From Phoronis australis (Eukaryota > Animalia > Phoronida), in NCBI GenBank assembly GCA_002633005.1, contig NMRA01000276.1:75414-139413 (forward strand): a stretch of DNA of 64,000 bases. The letters run 5' to 3'. Numbering within the stretch: the stretch's first letter is position 1; each line of letters begins with the position of its first letter. The notes beneath the pieces are model-generated. The model was not told the origin of the DNA and made no database searches. It saw only the letters and a list, made by a program, of their open reading frames with translations. The translations under genes and the position numbers were made by a program. This document shows positions 61,961-64,000 of the stretch, one piece after another.

Positions 61961-62630
61961 CTGCACACATACAACATACTGTATTATAATAGTAGCAGCA
62001 CACATTCAACTTATTGTATCATAATAGTACCTGCACAAATACAACTTATTGTATCATAATAGTACCTGCACACATACAAATTATTGTATCATAATAGTAG
62101 CTGCACACATACAACTTATTGTATCATAATAGTACCCGCATACATTCAACTTATTGTATCATAATAGTACCTGCACACATACAACTTATTGTATCATAAT
62201 AGTACCTGCATACATTCAACTTATTGTGTCATAGAGGAGGCAGTGTGGCCTGGTTGATAAGTGCTCGCTTTCGTAACTCGAGGTCGTGGGTTCATGTCCC
62301 ACCAGGTCACACTGCTAAACCCTTGAGCCAGGTTTCTAGCTCCTCAGCTCGGTTTTAACCTTTAACCATATATTAATAAAGCATAAAAATATTTCCAGGT
62401 GATCAGTGCAATGGGCCCACATGTGAGGCCTGCGCACGTCTGGTACAACGTGTATCAGACCGCCTGCAATTATTTTTTTTATATATTGTGTCATAATAGT
62501 ACCTGCACACATACAACTTATTGCACCATAATAGTACCTGCATATATACAACTTATTGTATCATAATAGTACCTGCATATATACAACTTATTGTATCAAA
62601 ATAGTACCTGCACACATACAACTTATTGTC
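61949..62630. repeat. 35-bp minisatellite (~12 copies) containing the splice acceptor, split by a SINE
   Basis: tcataatagtacctgcacacatacaacttattgta; on the minus strand ...gtgtgcag|GTACTATTATGA. Confidence 0.92.
62234..62483 (+). mobile_element. Full-length tRNA-derived SINE
   Basis: A-box-like tggcctggttg and B-box-like ggttcatgtcc; LINE-like 3' tail plus T run; 12-bp TSD tattgtgtcata (62222-62233, 62484-62495). Confidence 0.88.
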
Positions 62631-62959
62631 ACTCCTAGCATTATACACTACCAATGTGCTTGAGACAACATATAAATAACAATACTGGTATCAACATTTA
62701 AAATATCCGTATATCATAACCTATGCCACGTATCTGTTCTGCTGGCAGTAGCTTTTTATATTACACTATCTGCGTTCTTAAACTTCACTTATAAATGGGT
62801 TGGTTTTAGACAGTTCCAGGTATTACAAAGTTTTACTGTTATCAGGTACTTTCCAAAATGCTTACTCTCGGCCATTATCAATTTGACACCCACAGTGAGA
62901 GCTCAGTAGACTCAAAAGTATAAACTAATTTATCTAATATCATTGTCATATATTTTCAA

Positions 62960-64000
62960 AATTACCTGGTTGAGATTTCTGGGGATGGCGACCACAACCC
63001 AGTGGGTTTTAACTGTCATAGGGCATTTGGTAACCAGTAACATCTATCTGAATCACGTGGAATTATTTATTGTGGTACCCAGAATAAAGACCTTGCTCCT
63101 TTTTAAGGTGTAAATGAGTGTCTGGCAAACACTTTCTAGAACACAATTTGTTGTCTGTCATGGGTCATCTGGTACGCCACGATTACTGGTTTTAAGTCAA
63201 TTTTAGCCAGTACCTCAGATATCTAATGTAGTTCAAAGTTTCAATGGCATACTGTGGTTGAGATTTTTGAGGGCTTCTGCCAGGCACAATCCAGAGTGTA
63301 TTTTGTCTGTCATAGAGCATTTATTGACCTAGGGCATTTATTGACCTGTGACATGTATTGAATCTCATGGGACTGGTTTTGTTTGGTACCTCGACTGTAT
63401 GTGCTAGCTCATTTTTGGAGTGTCCTTTTTTGGTTTCTGCCGGACCCATTACAGAGTGCAATTTGTCTGTCATGGATCATTCAATGTTCAGTGCCGTACT
63501 ACTGTTTGTTTTAAATCAGTTTTGGCCGGTACCTCAAAAATCTAGTCTAACTCAAATTTTTGATGGCATACCGTGGTTGAGATTTTTGAGGGTTTCTGCC
63601 AGACACATTCCAGAGTATATTTTGTCCATCATAGGGCATTTAGTGATCTGTGACATGTATTGAATCACATGAAATTGTTTTTTTTGGTACCTCGAATGTA
63701 TGTGCTAGCTCATTTTTGGGGGGTCCTTTTTGGTTTCTGTCGGACCCATTCCAGAGTGCAATTTGTTTGTCATGGGTCATTTGGTGTTCAGTGCCGTACT
63801 GTTGTTCATTTAAAATCAGTTTTGGCCGGTATCTCGAAAACCTAGTCTAGCTCAAATTTTATGGCATACTGTGGTTGACATTTTTGGTTTCTGCTGGGCA
63901 CAACCCAGAGTGTATTTTGTCTGTCATCATGGGGGTTTTAGTGAGCTGTGACATGTATTGAATCATATGGAGTTGATTTTTTGTGGTACCTCGAATGTAT
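62960..64000. repeat. ~300-bp tandem array (two ~150-bp subunits), runs off the window; possibly HINE-type cores
   Basis: gtggttgagatttttgagggtttctgcc...ccagagtgtattttgtctgtcat...gacatgtattgaatc recurs at about 63255, 63573 and 63871. Confidence 0.75.

Noticed and set aside
62234-62312. Possible tRNA gene
   Set aside because: It has A/B boxes but no clean cloverleaf, and it continues into a LINE-like tail with a TSD, so it is a SINE head.
17535-62630. CRISPR-like interpretation of the many short direct repeats
   Set aside because: The units are head-to-tail without unique spacers, there are no cas genes, and the context is a spliced eukaryotic gene.

Overview
AT-rich animal (invertebrate-like) genomic window. 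Almost the whole window is the 3' two-thirds of a NEURL4 (neuralized-like 4) gene on the minus strand. I traced 20 GT-AG exons (61960 to 3681) that splice into one open frame of about 1,120 codons. These encode part of NHR2, NHR3-6, a Cys/His segment and the C-terminal ADP-ribosyltransferase-like domain. The terminal coding exon of a convergent PUS3-like gene occupies 2-376. The introns are packed with mobile DNA: a LOA/I-group LINE (APE-RT-RNaseH, poly-T tail), two copies of a tRNA-derived SINE sharing that LINE's structured 3' tail, and a full-length decayed CR1-type LINE bounded by a 50-bp direct repeat with four nested insertions. There are also Kolobok-like (TTAA), Tc1/mariner-like (TA), hAT-like, Harbinger-like and EnSpm-like non-autonomous elements, three DINE-1/HINE-like elements with phased CTCF-consensus motifs, and many minisatellites. 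The most unusual signals are the LINE/SINE pair ending in poly(T), the tandem duplication of NEURL4 splice junctions at five exon borders (creating decoy or poison splice sites), and the TE-borne CTCF-like motif arrays. An assembly gap lies at 45270-45940. Family assignments rest on remembered motifs, not database searches.
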